Positions 13,933-27,490 of a stretch of 64,000 nucleotides of DNA are shown one piece after another. The stretch's first letter is position 1. Each line of letters opens with the position of its first letter. The notes under the pieces were generated by a model. That model did no database searches. It worked only from the letters and a program-made list of their open reading frames with translations, and was not told where the DNA came from. Both the position numbers and the translations under genes were made by a program. The stretch lies in the NCBI GenBank assembly GCA_951406725.2, contig OX597831.1:13144001-13208000 (forward strand), written 5' to 3'. Origin of the DNA: Octopus vulgaris. Lineage: Eukaryota.

Positions 13933-14571
13933 AAGCCTTTTATGGCGTGTAAGTCTTACTGAACGGTTTCGCTTCCCAGTCTGTATATATATTGAATTTC
14001 ACAAGTCATTATTTCATTTTCTTCAATCTCAACAACTCAGATAAGACTTGTCTATATGATGGGTACTTTCAAAATGAACGTTTTTAATTTTATCTCATAG
14101 TCAAAAGAATTTTGTGGGCCTTAGAGATAGGCATTATAACAGAGAGGGAAGCAAGAATACTTAAAGTGAAAACAAGGCTAAAAATTCTTGCAGCATAGTT
14201 GATCTCTCTGTAGCAAACTGAGCGAAAGAAGGACATCAAATGACGCAAGGGATTTGGCCTTGTATCCAAGCAAGATACGGTAGAATTTGAACTCAGGTAA
14301 AAATAAGTAGAACAAATACTGCAAAGAATTCAGTGAAAATCCCTCTACACTGATACCCTGGGGGGAGGGGGGCTTCGTAGAATGATAAAGAGAAAAGATT
14401 TCGGCAGGATTTGAACTCAGAATATAAGAAACATACTTTAAGGCATTTCGTATGATTTTCAGATGAATTCACCATTTAGACAGTTTTTATTGTTTGAGGT
14501 TCAATAAAGTAGATGAGAATTCCAAATTCTTATCTACCCAATACAAACTGTAATTAAATTAATTTTGTCTA

Positions 14572-14770
14572 ATTTTGGTACAAGGCCAGCAATATTTAGG
14601 AGAGGAGATGGGACGGTTACAAGGACCACAGTACTTGACTAGAAGTGTATTTTATCTACTCCGATAGAATGAAAGGTGAAGTCGACATCAGCGGCAATTG
14701 AACTCCGAATGGAATATAAACTAAGCATTTTGTCCACAGTGTTAACGATGATTCTGCTAGCCGCTGCCTT
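14572..14770 (-). mobile_element. SINE family B, degenerate
   Basis: ggtacaaggcc...gaatgaaaggtgaagtcgac...gaactc...ttctgctagccgctgcc. Confidence 0.7.
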
Positions 14771-14969
14771 TACATATTTAAAATAATTATGTGTATATTT
14801 ATTTGTAAGAATTTTAACAGACTTGAAAATAGCAGGTAGCCTTTTTCCTGTTCTATTTCGTTTCCGGAAAATGAATTCTATCTTTAAACAATGTTGTCGA
14901 CAAGATAAAAACTTCTGTGACACAGCAGACACTGAAGGACCGATGTTTCGGTATTATTGACTCGTCTCG

Positions 14970-15355
14970 GTGAGGCTGAGTGGTAAGTAGCTTGCTTACC
15001 AACCACATGGTTCCGGGTTCAATCCCACTGCGTGGCACCTTGGGCAAGTGTTTTCTACTATAGCCTCGGGCCAACCAAAACCTTGTGAATGGATTTGGTA
15101 GACGGAAACAGAAAGAAGCCCGTTGTATATATGTATATATATGTGTGTATATGTTTGTGTGTCTGTGTCTATCCCCTTAGCATTGTTTGACAACCGATGC
15201 TGGTGTGTTTATGTCCCCGTCACTTAGTGGTTCGGCAAAAGAGACCGAGAGAATAAGTACTGGGCTTACAAAGAATAAGTCTCGGGGTTGATTTACTCGA
15301 CTAAAGGCGGTGCTCCAGCATAGCCGCAGTTAAATGACTGAAACAAGTAAAAGAG
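14970..15355 (+). mobile_element. SINE family A, full length (tRNA-like head, ccttgggcaag core, internal TA/GT tract, LINE-like tail)
   Basis: A-box-like ggctgagtggtaag and B-box gggttcaatccc, then gcaccttgggcaagtg, ending ggcggtgctccagcatagccgcagttaaatgactgaaacaagtaaaag; about a dozen related copies occur in the window. Confidence 0.92.
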
Positions 15356-16061
15356 TATCTTAAGACCTTCTCTGATCTTAAAAGAAACATAGCCACAAAA
15401 GCAACTCAGTATTTACCGGAAATGAGATTTATAACCGACTCTAGATATAAATCGAAATTTTTTAAAAAATATCAAAAATATGTAAAAAAAAATGCAACTT
15501 CAGCTATGATGGAAATTTTTCATCTTTGGCCTTTTTTATTGTTAGTATCAACAATATTTTATGTGAAGTTTGTCTGTCTCCCGAACAGACAGTGAAATTG
15601 CGTTCAAGTGGTCGTCTAGTATTACGCCACAGCTATCGTCGCGCGAATTCAGGCTTGATACTTTTTTTTATTATTGATTTGTCCCATTTTTTTGTAAAGG
15701 AAAAAAGCGTACAAAATATCAAATGAAATAGTCTTTTTTTCTTCAAATTCTCATTATAAACAAGTGATTCAGAACATTCTGTTTTTCTGAATTTATCATC
15801 TAAGATTCTACTTTTACTCTCTATGTAAGGCGGCTTGTTTCTGTTTGTCTTACCTTATCAGCATAGAGTGATGGAAGCAATTAGATTTTATGCTATTAGT
15901 AGTGTATCCAAGTAATTATCTTCACTTAAAATCAGAAGGAAACGGAGAAGAAAGAAATAATGCAAAAATAACACATGGTTTTAGGGATAAAGATAATCAA
16001 TTTTAAACGTGCTCAATTTATTTTGTTTTATTCCCAACGCAGTGAATTCAGGTATTATGGA

Positions 16062-16133
16062 TTTCCCTATCGTTAACCATTATTTTCCCTATCGAACCAT
16101 TATTTTCCCTATCGTTAACCATTATTTTCCCTA
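16062..16133. repeat. Three-copy ~23-bp minisatellite
   Basis: tttccctatcgttaaccattatt repeated three times; the middle copy is 2 bp shorter. Confidence 0.9.
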
Positions 16134-16599
16134 GTATCAGAAAGGTTTCGTGTTTGCGTTTGTATGTTGAGAAAAGACGAGCGATGCATCTTCTCTTCAT
16201 TGCTTTGCTCTTCTATTATTCCTCTCCTCATCTTCTCCCTCGTTCTGTTTATCAGTCTTCGTGATTTTTAATGAAACGATTAGTTAAATACACAACACGA
16301 ATATAATTAATTCCGTATCGATTGTTCTCTTATTCTATGCAAATAGCATACGAGATACTGAAACAGGATATCTATAAATGCAAAACAACCATGAAATACG
16401 AAATATCAAATGAATAAATGATATCAAATTTTGAGTCACTCATTTATAAAAGTAAAAGGAAAAAACAAAACAAAACATAAAAATACAAAACTAATTTTCA
16501 TATAATTTTCACACATTTTGTTTCATCACGAAAAAAGGGATGACCCAACAATTAAATTGATATAGATTGGTAACATACTAAAAAAAAAAAAGAAAATCA

Positions 16600-16750
16600 G
16601 GCGCGCGTGTGGCAAGAAGTTTGCTTCCCAGTAGCATGGCCCCGTGTTCAGTCCCACTGCGCGGCACCTTAAGTGAATGCCTTCTACGATAGCCCCAGGT
16701 CGACCAAAGTCTTGTGAGAGAATATGACGGTCAGAAACAGTAAGTCCGAT
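16600..16750 (+). mobile_element. SINE family A head
   Basis: gcgtgtggcaagaagtttgcttccca...gttcagtcccactgcgcggcacctt. Confidence 0.8.
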
Positions 16751-16789
16751 TTATACATACATATATATATATATATATACATACACAGG

Positions 16790-17093
16790 TGGAGGCGCAA
16801 TGGCCTAGTGGTTAGGGCAGCGGACTCGCGGTCGCAGGATCGCGGTTTCGATTCCCAGACCGGGCGTTGTGAGTGTTTATTGAGCGAAAACACCTAAAAG
16901 CTCCACGAGGCTCCGGCAGGGGGTGGTGATCCCTGTTGTACTCTTTCACCACTCTTTCTCCCACTCTTTCTTTTGTTGGCCTGCTCGCTTAGCCAGCGGG
17001 GTGGCGTCATTCGAAGGCTAAAACAATGCGAACGCATTGTGACCAGCGATGTGTAACAACATCTGATGGCCTGGCCGGTCACATGATCACGTG
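16790..17093 (+). mobile_element. SINE family C (tRNA-derived, resembles octopus OR-type SINEs)
   Basis: A box tggcctagtggtta and B box ggtttcgattccc; a related copy is at 26573-26910; it sits in the TA tract of a family A copy. Confidence 0.85.
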
Positions 17094-17122
17094 ATATACT
17101 TACACACAGATCTATGTCTATC

Positions 17123-17164
<42 letters not shown>

Positions 17165-17191
17165 TAGACTATATTTACAGCTATAAATATG

Positions 17192-17429
17192 CAGTAATTC
17201 CTCACCCTATCGCGGTTCGCCTACCACGGTTCGCCTATCACGGTTTATTATTTAAGCTTACGTCGATTCTTCTGTGGCGTTGCTTTGCGGTTATGATAAA
17301 ATAAAAAAATATAAAAATAATTAAAATACTAATAAAAATATACTGTACGGAACTGATTCTACTTCGCGGATTTTCACCTATCACGGGAGATTTTGGAACA
17401 TAAGACCCGCGATAGTCGAGGGATTACTG
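17192..17429. mobile_element. Tigger/pogo-like MITE (~240 bp)
   Basis: Imperfect TIRs cagtaattcctcaccctatcgcgg and ccgcgatagtcgagggattactg; TA on the right, TG on the left. Confidence 0.85.
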
Positions 17430-17846
17430 TATATCTATAATTAAGATGCACTTGAATTAGGCACTTGAATTGAGGCACCTTACCAGTGCGGTATGATCCG
17501 AACAGTACAACAATATTATTTGAATATCAAGATACCGTGTAGGGGTGTTTGCACCTAATACCTGTGTGCAGACAACTCAACCTAGTTAAGGGAAGATATC
17601 GGCTCTTGGTAATTCAGACAGGTACTTTTTATAAAGGTACTTTGTGTAGTATTTCCGAAGTGCAGATTCCAAGTTAGGTGAACAAAATGTAAATAAGTAA
17701 CAAAGATGTACAGATGTTCATTACGGCCGCTTCAAGCGGTTCCATTTAATTAATTAATGAGAACATATCAATTTGAAAGAAACCGCTTTCTTTCTAATTG
17801 ATGTAGTAAAATGACACCTGTACATCTTTGTTACCTATTTACGCAC

Positions 17847-17879
<33 letters not shown>

Positions 17880-17885
17880 TGTATG

Positions 17886-17919
<34 letters not shown>

Positions 17920-17923
<4 letters not shown>

Positions 17924-18138
17924 TAATCCAAACATGAAAACACAAAGAGAAAAAAACGCGAGGACGTGGAACAAGTATCGTGTTATAGGACGCTCAGGAA
18001 ATGAAAGAAAGAAGGAAGATTTAAAGTTTCGAGCGGAGCTCTTCGTCAGTAACATAGGAAAAGGAAAGATCCAAGGAAGGGAAAACGGAGGGAAAAAAAT
18101 CGCCAACGATACACACGCGGTCACATTTTGAACGTCAC

Positions 18139-18140
<2 letters not shown>
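17920..18140 (-). mobile_element. Penelope-like pLTR-type insert with hammerhead-like motif, within a (TA)n tract
   Basis: Minus strand CTGACGA-A-GAGC-tcc-GCTC-GAAAC at 18026-18049; it shares acgctcagga...gtttcga...gctctt...cag with the 63481-63710 insert. Confidence 0.7.
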
Positions 18141-18194
<54 letters not shown>

Positions 18195-19133
18195 CATAAA
18201 CTTAGATAAACTTGGATATGTTTCGAACAAAGATTGGACCATACCATGTTTATTCTAAACAATATCGACATACGTCTTTGATTAACTTTATACACTAACA
18301 CGTATTTACATTAATTTACATTCTCCATAATGAATTAATTATGTTGCAATAATACTCTATTTGAATTTTTAAATTCGTAACTTTTAATAATATTAATGTC
18401 TTTAACAGAGGGTTTGTTTCTTTATATATATATATATTTTATTCCTTATTATTTTATTATCTTATTTTTTAAATTCCTTATCATATTATGACTTAAGTTA
18501 AACTTTTAGTCTTTAGGTTTTTGGGTGGAATTTGACCTGAGAAGTGACTGCTTTTGGGAGTAAAATCCTTTTTCCGTTCTAATGAACTTGGATATGGTTT
18601 TCTTATATGATTTTATATAGTCTTAATTCAGCTATGACACGCGTGTAGTCAATGTACAAGTACTTACTTTTATACATTATATTATTGTATTCATTTTTAT
18701 TGTTCAATTTATGCTTTATTTGAGTTTAGATTAATAATTTTATGATGAATGTTTCTTTGTATGGTATTCGCTGTGATTTTTAAAGTATCTGCTCTTAGAA
18801 TATGATTGTAAAAATCTTACTGTTCAATATTATATATTCTTAAAATTTTAGATTATTATTTTGTAAGGTATATGCCTCACAGCATGGCTTTGGACGGGTT
18901 CTTCATTGACTGAGTTGTGGAATGGTAGTTCGTCTCTAAATTAGTTATATATAATATACATACATACATACATGTATATATATATATACATACATACATA
19001 CATATATACATACATATATATATACATATGTATATACATATATATATACATATGTATATATATATAAATACATACCTATATATATATATATACATACATA
19101 CATATACATATACATACACACACACACACACAC

Positions 19134-19173
<40 letters not shown>

Positions 19174-19176
19174 CAT

Positions 19177-19239
<63 letters not shown>

Positions 19240-19242
<3 letters not shown>

Positions 19243-19372
19243 GATGGTCTTCTTACAGTTTCCGTCTACCAAATCCACTTGCAAGGCCTTGGTCGGCCCG
19301 AGGCTATAGTAGAAGACACTCACCCAAAGTGCCACACAGTGGGACTGAGACCGGAACCATAGGGTTTGGAAG
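19240..19372 (-). mobile_element. SINE family A head
   Basis: cagtttccgtctaccaaatccac...ggtcggcccgaggctatagtagaagacact...gtgggactga. Confidence 0.85.
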
Positions 19373-20117
19373 CATAGTTGTGTGTGTCTGTCATTATGCC
19401 GAGGAAATGCAGTGATTTTTCTCAGAAAAATACTTAAACCATTCTGTCAATTGAGATCAATGAAATAAATACGAGGTAGAGGAATATGCGGTGATCGGTA
19501 AGACCGACTCAAAAACCATTGAGGACCTTACTCCATCAGGGTCGCATTGCACTGAAAAATACCAGGAACAGAATAAAAGATAGAAAGTTTAACTAGGTTC
19601 GAATATAACTGGCAAGTAATCAGAAACTTAACAAGAAATATATTACAGAGTTGAAAGTCAGCTGAATTTCATTTTCTTTATTCAATGTTTTCATTGATAT
19701 GGCAAATAACTCTGATAATTTATACAATGCGATGGCAAACAGAGCGCATAATGGAGATGTTTGTTTTGAATCAATAGTTTAAGAAAGAAACCTTAGTTGA
19801 AAACGAATAACTGTTTTAACACGTGATGTTTTTTTTATTTCTTGTACAACCGTTGTGAAAGAGAATGGAGAAGAAAGAAGAAGGAAAAAGAAACAGCTTT
19901 GAAATTGCGTTGTTTATTTGAAGTAACAAATAGATAATGAATAGAGACGGAGAAAAAGGAAATGAGTTCTAAAGATTGTGTGGTGTCTGTGTATGCACAC
20001 ACAGACGCGCACACAGACAGACACACACACATACACGTACGCACGCACACATACATGCACAAACATACATTGATACAAAGATATAGACGCGCATATACAT
20101 AGATATACAGAAGTATG

Positions 20118-20152
<35 letters not shown>

Positions 20153-20154
20153 GA

Positions 20155-20187
<33 letters not shown>

Positions 20188-20307
20188 TGGAGACAGAGAG
20201 ACAGAGAGAGGTAGTGGTGATAGAGGATTGTTTAATCACTCTCTCTCTCTCTCTGTGTACGCGATGTCCCAGCATGACTGCAGTCCAATAACTAAAACAA
20301 GTAAAAG

Positions 20308-20391
<84 letters not shown>

Positions 20392-20531
20392 CACATCTGT
20401 GTTTATACACTTTCGCATATACCAATATAACCTTTCTTTTCAGTTTCATTAGTTTGCAGAACTGAGGTAATCTCAGTTTCTTAAATCCCTGAGCCAACCA
20501 TGCATACCCGATCCAATGGCAAATATCTCGG

Positions 20532-20574
<43 letters not shown>

Positions 20575-20590
20575 GTATATCTGTATGTAC

Positions 20591-20668
<78 letters not shown>

Positions 20669-21605
20669 GCACGCACACACACACACACATATATATATAT
20701 ACATGCATAATTGTTTAGAGAGAAGGTATATTACCTTATAGGCCATCCACATAAGCAACTCTGCATAAAATTCAGAGCTGACATATCTAATATGTAAAGC
20801 ATTATCATACTTTCAAGAAACATAAGAAAACAAATTTATGTTAGATTTTTTTTAAAATCCTTACACACGGAGCCAAATGATTTCATTTTCTTAGGTCTTT
20901 CAGTATATTAATGGAAACGCTTGCAATATTCTCTTGCGGTTGAAGGCTTGCTTATTCTTGTTCTCTTTGCTATTAACATATCTAATAAAATAACTTGAGC
21001 CTTCATTACAACGTTTCCTCATACGGCAAGTAAAAGCTATATGTGACATTTTCTTAATGTTAGTGATAGATAATCGCTAGGCAACTAATTGCATAGACAT
21101 TGGAACACTTAGATATGAAATGGTGCTATAGGATATAGGATTAATGATATACGACGACCATTGTTTCGGTACAACAGTTGCCAGACATCACATTGTTCCA
21201 GAACAACAGAAGTGAGACATATTTATAAGTAACCGAAACGCATACTATTGAGTTTCAAAGGTTTTATCGTAGATACGTCAAAAACATTATCCCTTACCAT
21301 TGTGATTCTGAAGCCGAGATACGCAAAGGAGATTATGAAGGTTTGGCAGAATTGTAAAATCATTGGAAATTTGATGTAATCTTAAGCAACTACTTTCCTA
21401 TGTTGTAACCTCAGGTCTGGCATATATATATATATATAATTAATAATATCAAAGGGTAATAGGAAACATTTGAAATTTCCATTACCAGTGCCCTAGCGCG
21501 TAGAAATGTAGTCAATAGACTATATATTATTCATATAGATATAGTGTACATTTAAACACAAAAGAGGTATTGCACTCTAGAGAGGACAGTTAAATTCCAA
21601 ACCAT

Positions 21606-21681
<76 letters not shown>

Positions 21682-21715
21682 GTACACACACATATATATA
21701 TATATATATATACAT

Positions 21716-21781
<66 letters not shown>

Positions 21782-21934
21782 GTATATCTGTATACATATA
21801 TGTATGTATATATATATATAAAGATGTATATATATGTACATATATATATACACATACACACATATATATACACATATATACATATATATATAACACATAA
21901 TTAAGTATATACATATATATATACATATACATAA

Positions 21935-21990
<56 letters not shown>

Positions 21991-22084
21991 CATGTGTACA
22001 TATGTGTGTATGTGTATGTGTGTATATATATATACATATACGCATATATATATGTATATCTATCTATCTATCTATCTATTCTAT

Positions 22085-22302
22085 ACTATTTTATTTGTTT
22101 CAGTCAGTTGACTGCGGCCATGCTGGAGCACCGCCTTCAGTAGAGCAAATCGACCCCAAGACTTATTTTTTGTAAGCCTAGTACTCATTCCATCGGTTTC
22201 CTTTGCCGAACCGCTAAGTTACGGGGATGTAAACACACAAGCATCGGTTGTCACGCGATGTTGTGGAGATAAACACAGACACACAAACACCTACACACAC
22301 CT

Positions 22303-22334
<32 letters not shown>

Positions 22335-22987
22335 ACAAAGGGTAAAATTAATTAATTAAGAAGTAATCAGTAATTTCACCAAGCAGAATTCGGCATGAAA
22401 AAGACCATTTCATGGTAAGCTTAAGTAATACTTTATAATTAGGATTCAGCAAAGATTTGCTTCACCACATATCAAAGTTTAGAAATAGCAGTCAAAAAAT
22501 CTTAGCTATTCCTTCTACTTTAAAAGGGGCCCCCAGAAAAACCAAAGTACTTGAAAACAATCCACGCAGGCAAAAGGAAAAAATAACGAAAATTATTCTA
22601 TATTACGTTACCCCCGTACGCGCGTTTCGGAATTAGATCGGTATAAAGCATTATGTTTTTGCCTGCGTGGATTGTTTTCAAGTACTTTGGTTTTTCTGGG
22701 AGCCCCTTTTAAAGTAGAAGGAATAGCTAAGATTTTTTGACTGCTATTTCTAAACTTTGATATGTGGTGAAGCAAATCTTTGCTGAATCCTATTTATAAA
22801 GTATATACATATATACATATATACGACGGGCATCTTTCAGCTTCCGTCTACCAAATCTACTCACAAGGCTTTGGTCGGCCTGAGGCTATAGTAGAAGACA
22901 CTTGCCCAAGGTGCAATGCAGTGGGACTGAACTCAGAACCATCTGGTTGGTAAGCAAGCTACTTACCACACAGCCACTCCTGCGTCT
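22085..22987 (-). mobile_element. SINE family A split by a ~480-bp insert in its internal TA tract
   Basis: Tail half at 22085-22300 and head half at ~22820-22987, both matching 14970-15355. Confidence 0.9.
22429..22804. repeat. Long inverted repeat, ~147-bp arms with an ~80-bp spacer
   Basis: atactttataattaggattcagcaaagatttgc...tccacgcaggcaaaa (22429-22575) is nearly the reverse complement of ttttgcctgcgtgga...tgaatcctatttataaagtat (22657-22804). Confidence 0.95.
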
Positions 22988-23894
22988 ATACATATATCTA
23001 TCTATATAAAATCACTTCAAATCATGTCTTTGAAACAAAACCAGAATGGTTACTGTGATCCTAGATAAGACTGAATGATGTGGAAAAACATGGAGGTCAA
23101 CTAGAAACAGCGACGCTATTAAACAGAGATCAACTGAGGCTTTCGTAAAGAATACAGGTATATTATTGATGTTGATAGTCTGAGAACTTTGAATGCATCT
23201 CCATATTCACTGTATATGCATTAGCTGAGTCATAAGCTTATTAAAACATCCGCTTGTTGAATATCTTAAATGAAATCGCTTGGTCCATGAAGAGCTGAAA
23301 ACATCGGGACAACATGGCGGCAATAAATGTTCACTATTTTATAGAAAGAAAACAATTTGCATTGAAATACGTAAACTGATTTGCAAGTTACTAATGATGT
23401 TTCCTCCCAGATGAATTAGTCTTGGGAAGAAAATACGAATAAATTCGAATCTCTAATTCGGTTTTATTTCATTAGTTTTCTAATTTGTGATATTCGTCTG
23501 CTTATAACTATCGCTTTTCGGGAGATCGTAATACAGCAGCAAAGTGCAGCAGTGTTCAATTAAGTCGAAATGTATGCCACGAACTTACAAGGAAAGTTTA
23601 ATGCGTTTCTCAATATTCTCGTTAAAGAGGTTCGGAAAGCTTATCATAAGAATAAATCCACAGAAGCAGTTTTTTTTTGTATAAAATGCAGGAATCAATG
23701 AAAATATAGAGTTAAATTCCCGAACGTTAAAATTTGGAGCCATTTTTCAAATTTCATTTACGATAAATAATAAAAAAAAAGAAAGAAAGAATGTTATTTC
23801 AAAATTTTAAAAGCAATTTAGTTTGAATAAAATGAAAGCAATTTAGTTTGAATAAAAAAGAAACTATGATATGAACTTATGATAATAATAATGG

Positions 23895-24093
23895 TCGTTT
23901 CTACTCTTGGCACAAGGCGTGAAATATTTAGGAAGGGTGTTAGTCAACAACATCGATCCCGATACTCGAGTGGTACTAATTTCCTTGGCCCTTAAAGGAT
24001 GAAAGGTAAAGTAGATTCCGCGGAATTTGAACTTGATATTTTGTCCGCACAATATTTTGCCAGGCGTGCTAACGATTCTGCCAGCTCACTGCC

Positions 24094-24095
<2 letters not shown>
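23895..24095 (-). mobile_element. SINE family B
   Basis: ggcacaaggcgtgaaat...aaaggatgaaaggtaaagtag...gctaacgattctgccagctc. Confidence 0.75.
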
Positions 24096-24135
<40 letters not shown>

Positions 24136-24159
24136 ATAGTAATAGTAATAATAATCTTG

Positions 24160-24712
24160 CTTATTATAGGCACAAGGCCTGAAATTTGGGGGAGGGGATG
24201 GTCAATTACATCGCCCTTAGTACTCAACTGCAACTTATTTTATCGACCCCAAAAGGAAGGCAAGCAAAGTCGACTGCGACGGAATTTGAACTCAGAACGT
24301 GAAGACGGACGAAATACCTATTTCTATTTCTTTACCACCCACAAGGGGCTAAACACAGAGGAGACAAACAAGGACAGGCGAACGGATTAAGTCGATTATA
24401 TCGACCCCAGTGCGTAACTGGTACTTATTTAATCGACCCAAAGGGGATGAAAGGCAAAGTCGATCTCGCTGGAATTTGAACTCAGATCATAACGGCAGAC
24501 GAAATACCTATTTCTTTACTACCCACAAGGGGCTAAACACAGAGGAGACAAACTAGGACAGACAGACGGATTAAGTCGACCATATCGACCCCAGTGCGTA
24601 ACTGGTCCTTAATTTATCGACCCTGAAAGGATGAAAGGCCTCGGCAGAACGTAACGGCAGACGAAATACGGCTACGCATTTCGCCCGGCGTGCTAACGTT
24701 TCTGCCAGCTCT
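24160..24712 (-). mobile_element. Tandem trimer of SINE family B
   Basis: Three successive units joined at gacgaaatac|ctatttc (~24317 and ~24507); only the last unit keeps the tRNA-like head (gtgctaacgtttctgccagct). Confidence 0.9.
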
Positions 24713-25090
24713 CTACTTTTGTGTGTGTGTGTATGTGCGTGCGTGCGTGTGTGTGCGTGCGTGCGTGCGTGTGTGTGTTTGTGTGTGCTTGTGTGCTTGT
24801 CTGTTCGTAACAGTAATAATAATATTAAAAATAATAATGATGACGGCGATGATGACGTCGTCGACGATAATGATGATGATGATGATGATATTTGAAGAGG
24901 AAGTTGTGGATGAAGAGGGAGGTGCCGTCTTCAAATATATTTAATGCCGGGTGCGGGAGGTTTGCGTCAATCACAACAATGAACGGAACTGCAAAAAATG
25001 TATACTTTACATCAGAGAACCACTGTCCATGGTCTTGAAGACGATCTTGGATCTTTGAGTTCCAAAGACGACTCTCGAAAGAACACCTCA

Positions 25091-25130
<40 letters not shown>

Positions 25131-25271
25131 CAACGTGTTCAAGCTCTGTTTATTTGCTCAATGCCTACTCAGCGAACAATATTAGTGGAATAGCGTTGAT
25201 GATGAAAGATCAGAGATATGAAGTGAAGAAGGAGAAAAGAAGCTTGTTAATCACTGGAATCATAATTCAAA

Positions 25272-25660
25272 TAATCATCATCATCATCACCATCACCATC
25301 ATCACTATCACCATCATCATCATCCTCATCCTCATCATCCTCATCATCATCATCACCCTCCTCCTCCTCCTCCTCCTCATCATCATCATCATCATCACCA
25401 TCACCATCCTCCTCCTCCTCCTCCTCATCATCATCATCATCATCATCATCACCATCACCATCCTCCTCCTCCTCCTCCTCATCATCATCATCATCATCAC
25501 CATCACCATCATCATCATCGTTATCATCATCATCATCACCATCATCATCACCATCATTATCATCGTTATCATCACCATCATCACCATCCTCATCCTCATC
25601 ATCACCATCACCATCCTCCTCCTCCTCCTCCTCCTCCTCCTCATCATCATCATCATCAGC
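25272..25660. repeat. Compound (ATC/ACC/CTC)n trinucleotide tract
   Basis: Seen directly in the sequence. Confidence 0.97.
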
Positions 25661-25971
25661 GAAGTCATCGTTACCATCTACATAGTTTTGTCACCTCTGT
25701 TATTCCTACTGCATCATTCCCAGTATTTTCACTGGAAAAAAAAAAAAAAGACAAAAAACCAAAAATCCCCTTATATAAATGTTCTGCCATGGTTTTCTTT
25801 CGTTTTCTTTCGTTTTCTTCGTGAATCTTGATGTTCCGTTCCTTTTCTTTCTTTTCTTTTTTACCATTCGCCATTTGCCAAGCAACCACTTCACAACTCA
25901 ATAACTTTCCATTCACATTTCAAGAAATTCACATCAAAGAAAGATCTTGTTTAAAGTAACGAAATACTCAC

Positions 25972-26129
25972 CCCACCACCACCACCATCACCAACAACAC
26001 CACCACCATCACCAACACCACTAACAAGAAGAAGAAGAAGAACAACAACAACAGCAACTACTACTACTACTGCTACTACTACTGCTACTACTACTACTAC
26101 TACTACTACTACTATTACTGCTGCTGCTG

Positions 26130-26194
<65 letters not shown>

Positions 26195-26211
26195 GCAGCT
26201 GCTGCTGCTGC
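25972..26211. repeat. Compound (CCA)/(AGA)/(ACT)/(GCT)n trinucleotide tract
   Basis: Seen directly in the sequence. Confidence 0.95.
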
Positions 26212-26572
26212 AAAAATCATGACTAAATGTCGCAAGTAAACATTTTAAAGTTCCTGTATATTTTTTGAAAAGCAAAGACACAAGATCGAATATCTGCGTT
26301 CCCATGTCGCTTTGTTTCGTTTGATTATTTTCTTCGTTTAAATTATTTGTGAAATTAATTTCCATGGTTTTATTAATATATCATAAATATCGTAAAAACT
26401 GTTCTGTCTTTTTTGAAAAAATAATTCATTAAGATTATTTTGTAATAAATCGTTTTTAACATTACTTGATAAAAATAACTATCGAAGATTTTTCCGTAGA
26501 TTTTTGTTTTTAAAGCAAATTATGGTAGTTTATAACATAACACTCATACAGAAAGTCTCATTACAATCGATG

Positions 26573-26910
26573 TGGAGGCACATGTCCTAGTGGTTAGAGC
26601 AGCGGAGTCGCAGTCGAGGAATCGCGGGTTCGAATCTCAGACCGGGCGATGTGTGTGTTTATGAGCTCCACGCAGCTCCGGCAGAAGGTAATGGCGAACT
26701 TCTGCTGACTCTTTCGCCACAACTTTCTCTCACTCTTTCCTCCTGCATCTTGCAGCTCACCTGCGACGGACCGGCGTCCCGTTCAGGTGGGGAACCTATA
26801 CGCCAAAGAAACAGGGAAACCGGCCCTTATGAGCCAGACATGGCTCGAGAAGGAACAAACAAAGGATTACGATTGATGATAGCAATACAAAAACGGTACA
26901 AGACCTCGTG
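26573..26910 (+). mobile_element. SINE family C variant
   Basis: ggaggcacatgtcctagtggttagagcagcgg...gggttcgaatctcagaccgggcg is homologous to the copy at 16790. Confidence 0.82.
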
Positions 26911-26927
26911 ATCGTCCAAGTATATAC

Positions 26928-27063
26928 CAACTGCATGGTTCCGGGTTCAGTCCCGCTGCGTGGCACCTTCGGCAAGTGTCTGCTACAATAGCCCCCGGCC
27001 GACCAAAGCCTTGTGAGTAGATTTCGGAGACGGAAATTGAAAGACGCCCATCGACATATGTAT

Positions 27064-27103
<40 letters not shown>

Positions 27104-27490
27104 GTGTGTGTGGGGTTGGTGGTGAACTCTGCTGTACTCCTTCACCACAACTTTCTCTCACTCTTTCTTCCTGTTTCTGTTGTAACTGTATTTCAAAGGG
27201 CCAGCCTTGTCACACTCTGTGTCACGCTGATTCTCCCCGAGAACTACGTTAAGAGAACACATGTCTGTAGAGTACTCAGCCACTTGCAGTTAATAAATGA
27301 GCTGCGACGTCACTGGTGCCAAGCTATATCGGCCTTTGCTTTGCCTTGATGGTTTGGAGAGGGGAGGCCAGTATGCATGGCCGACTGCTGGTCTATCATA
27401 AACAACCTTGCCCAGACTTGTGCCTCGGAGGGTAACTTCTAGTCTAGGTGCATGGTCATTCATGACCGAAGGGGGTCAAGAAGACAAGAA
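26928..27490 (+). mobile_element. SINE A head followed by a SINE C-type body and tail
   Basis: ggttccgggttcagtcccgctgcgtggcacc at ~26937; after a CA/TA tract, ctgctgtactccttcaccacaactttctc resembles 16933 and 26703. Confidence 0.7.

Noticed and set aside
16790-16862. Possible tRNA genes here and at 26573 and 47715
   Set aside because: A and B boxes are present but the cloverleaf stems are imperfect and each continues into repeat sequence, so they are treated as SINE heads.
23811-23858. 25-bp direct duplication aaagcaatttagtttgaataaaa
   Set aside because: It is an ordinary local slippage duplication with no sign of an element between the copies.
24998-25831. 277-aa poly-Ile/Leu ORF and the antisense poly-Met ORF
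   Set aside because: Both are products of the (ATC)n compound repeat, with no supporting coding signal.
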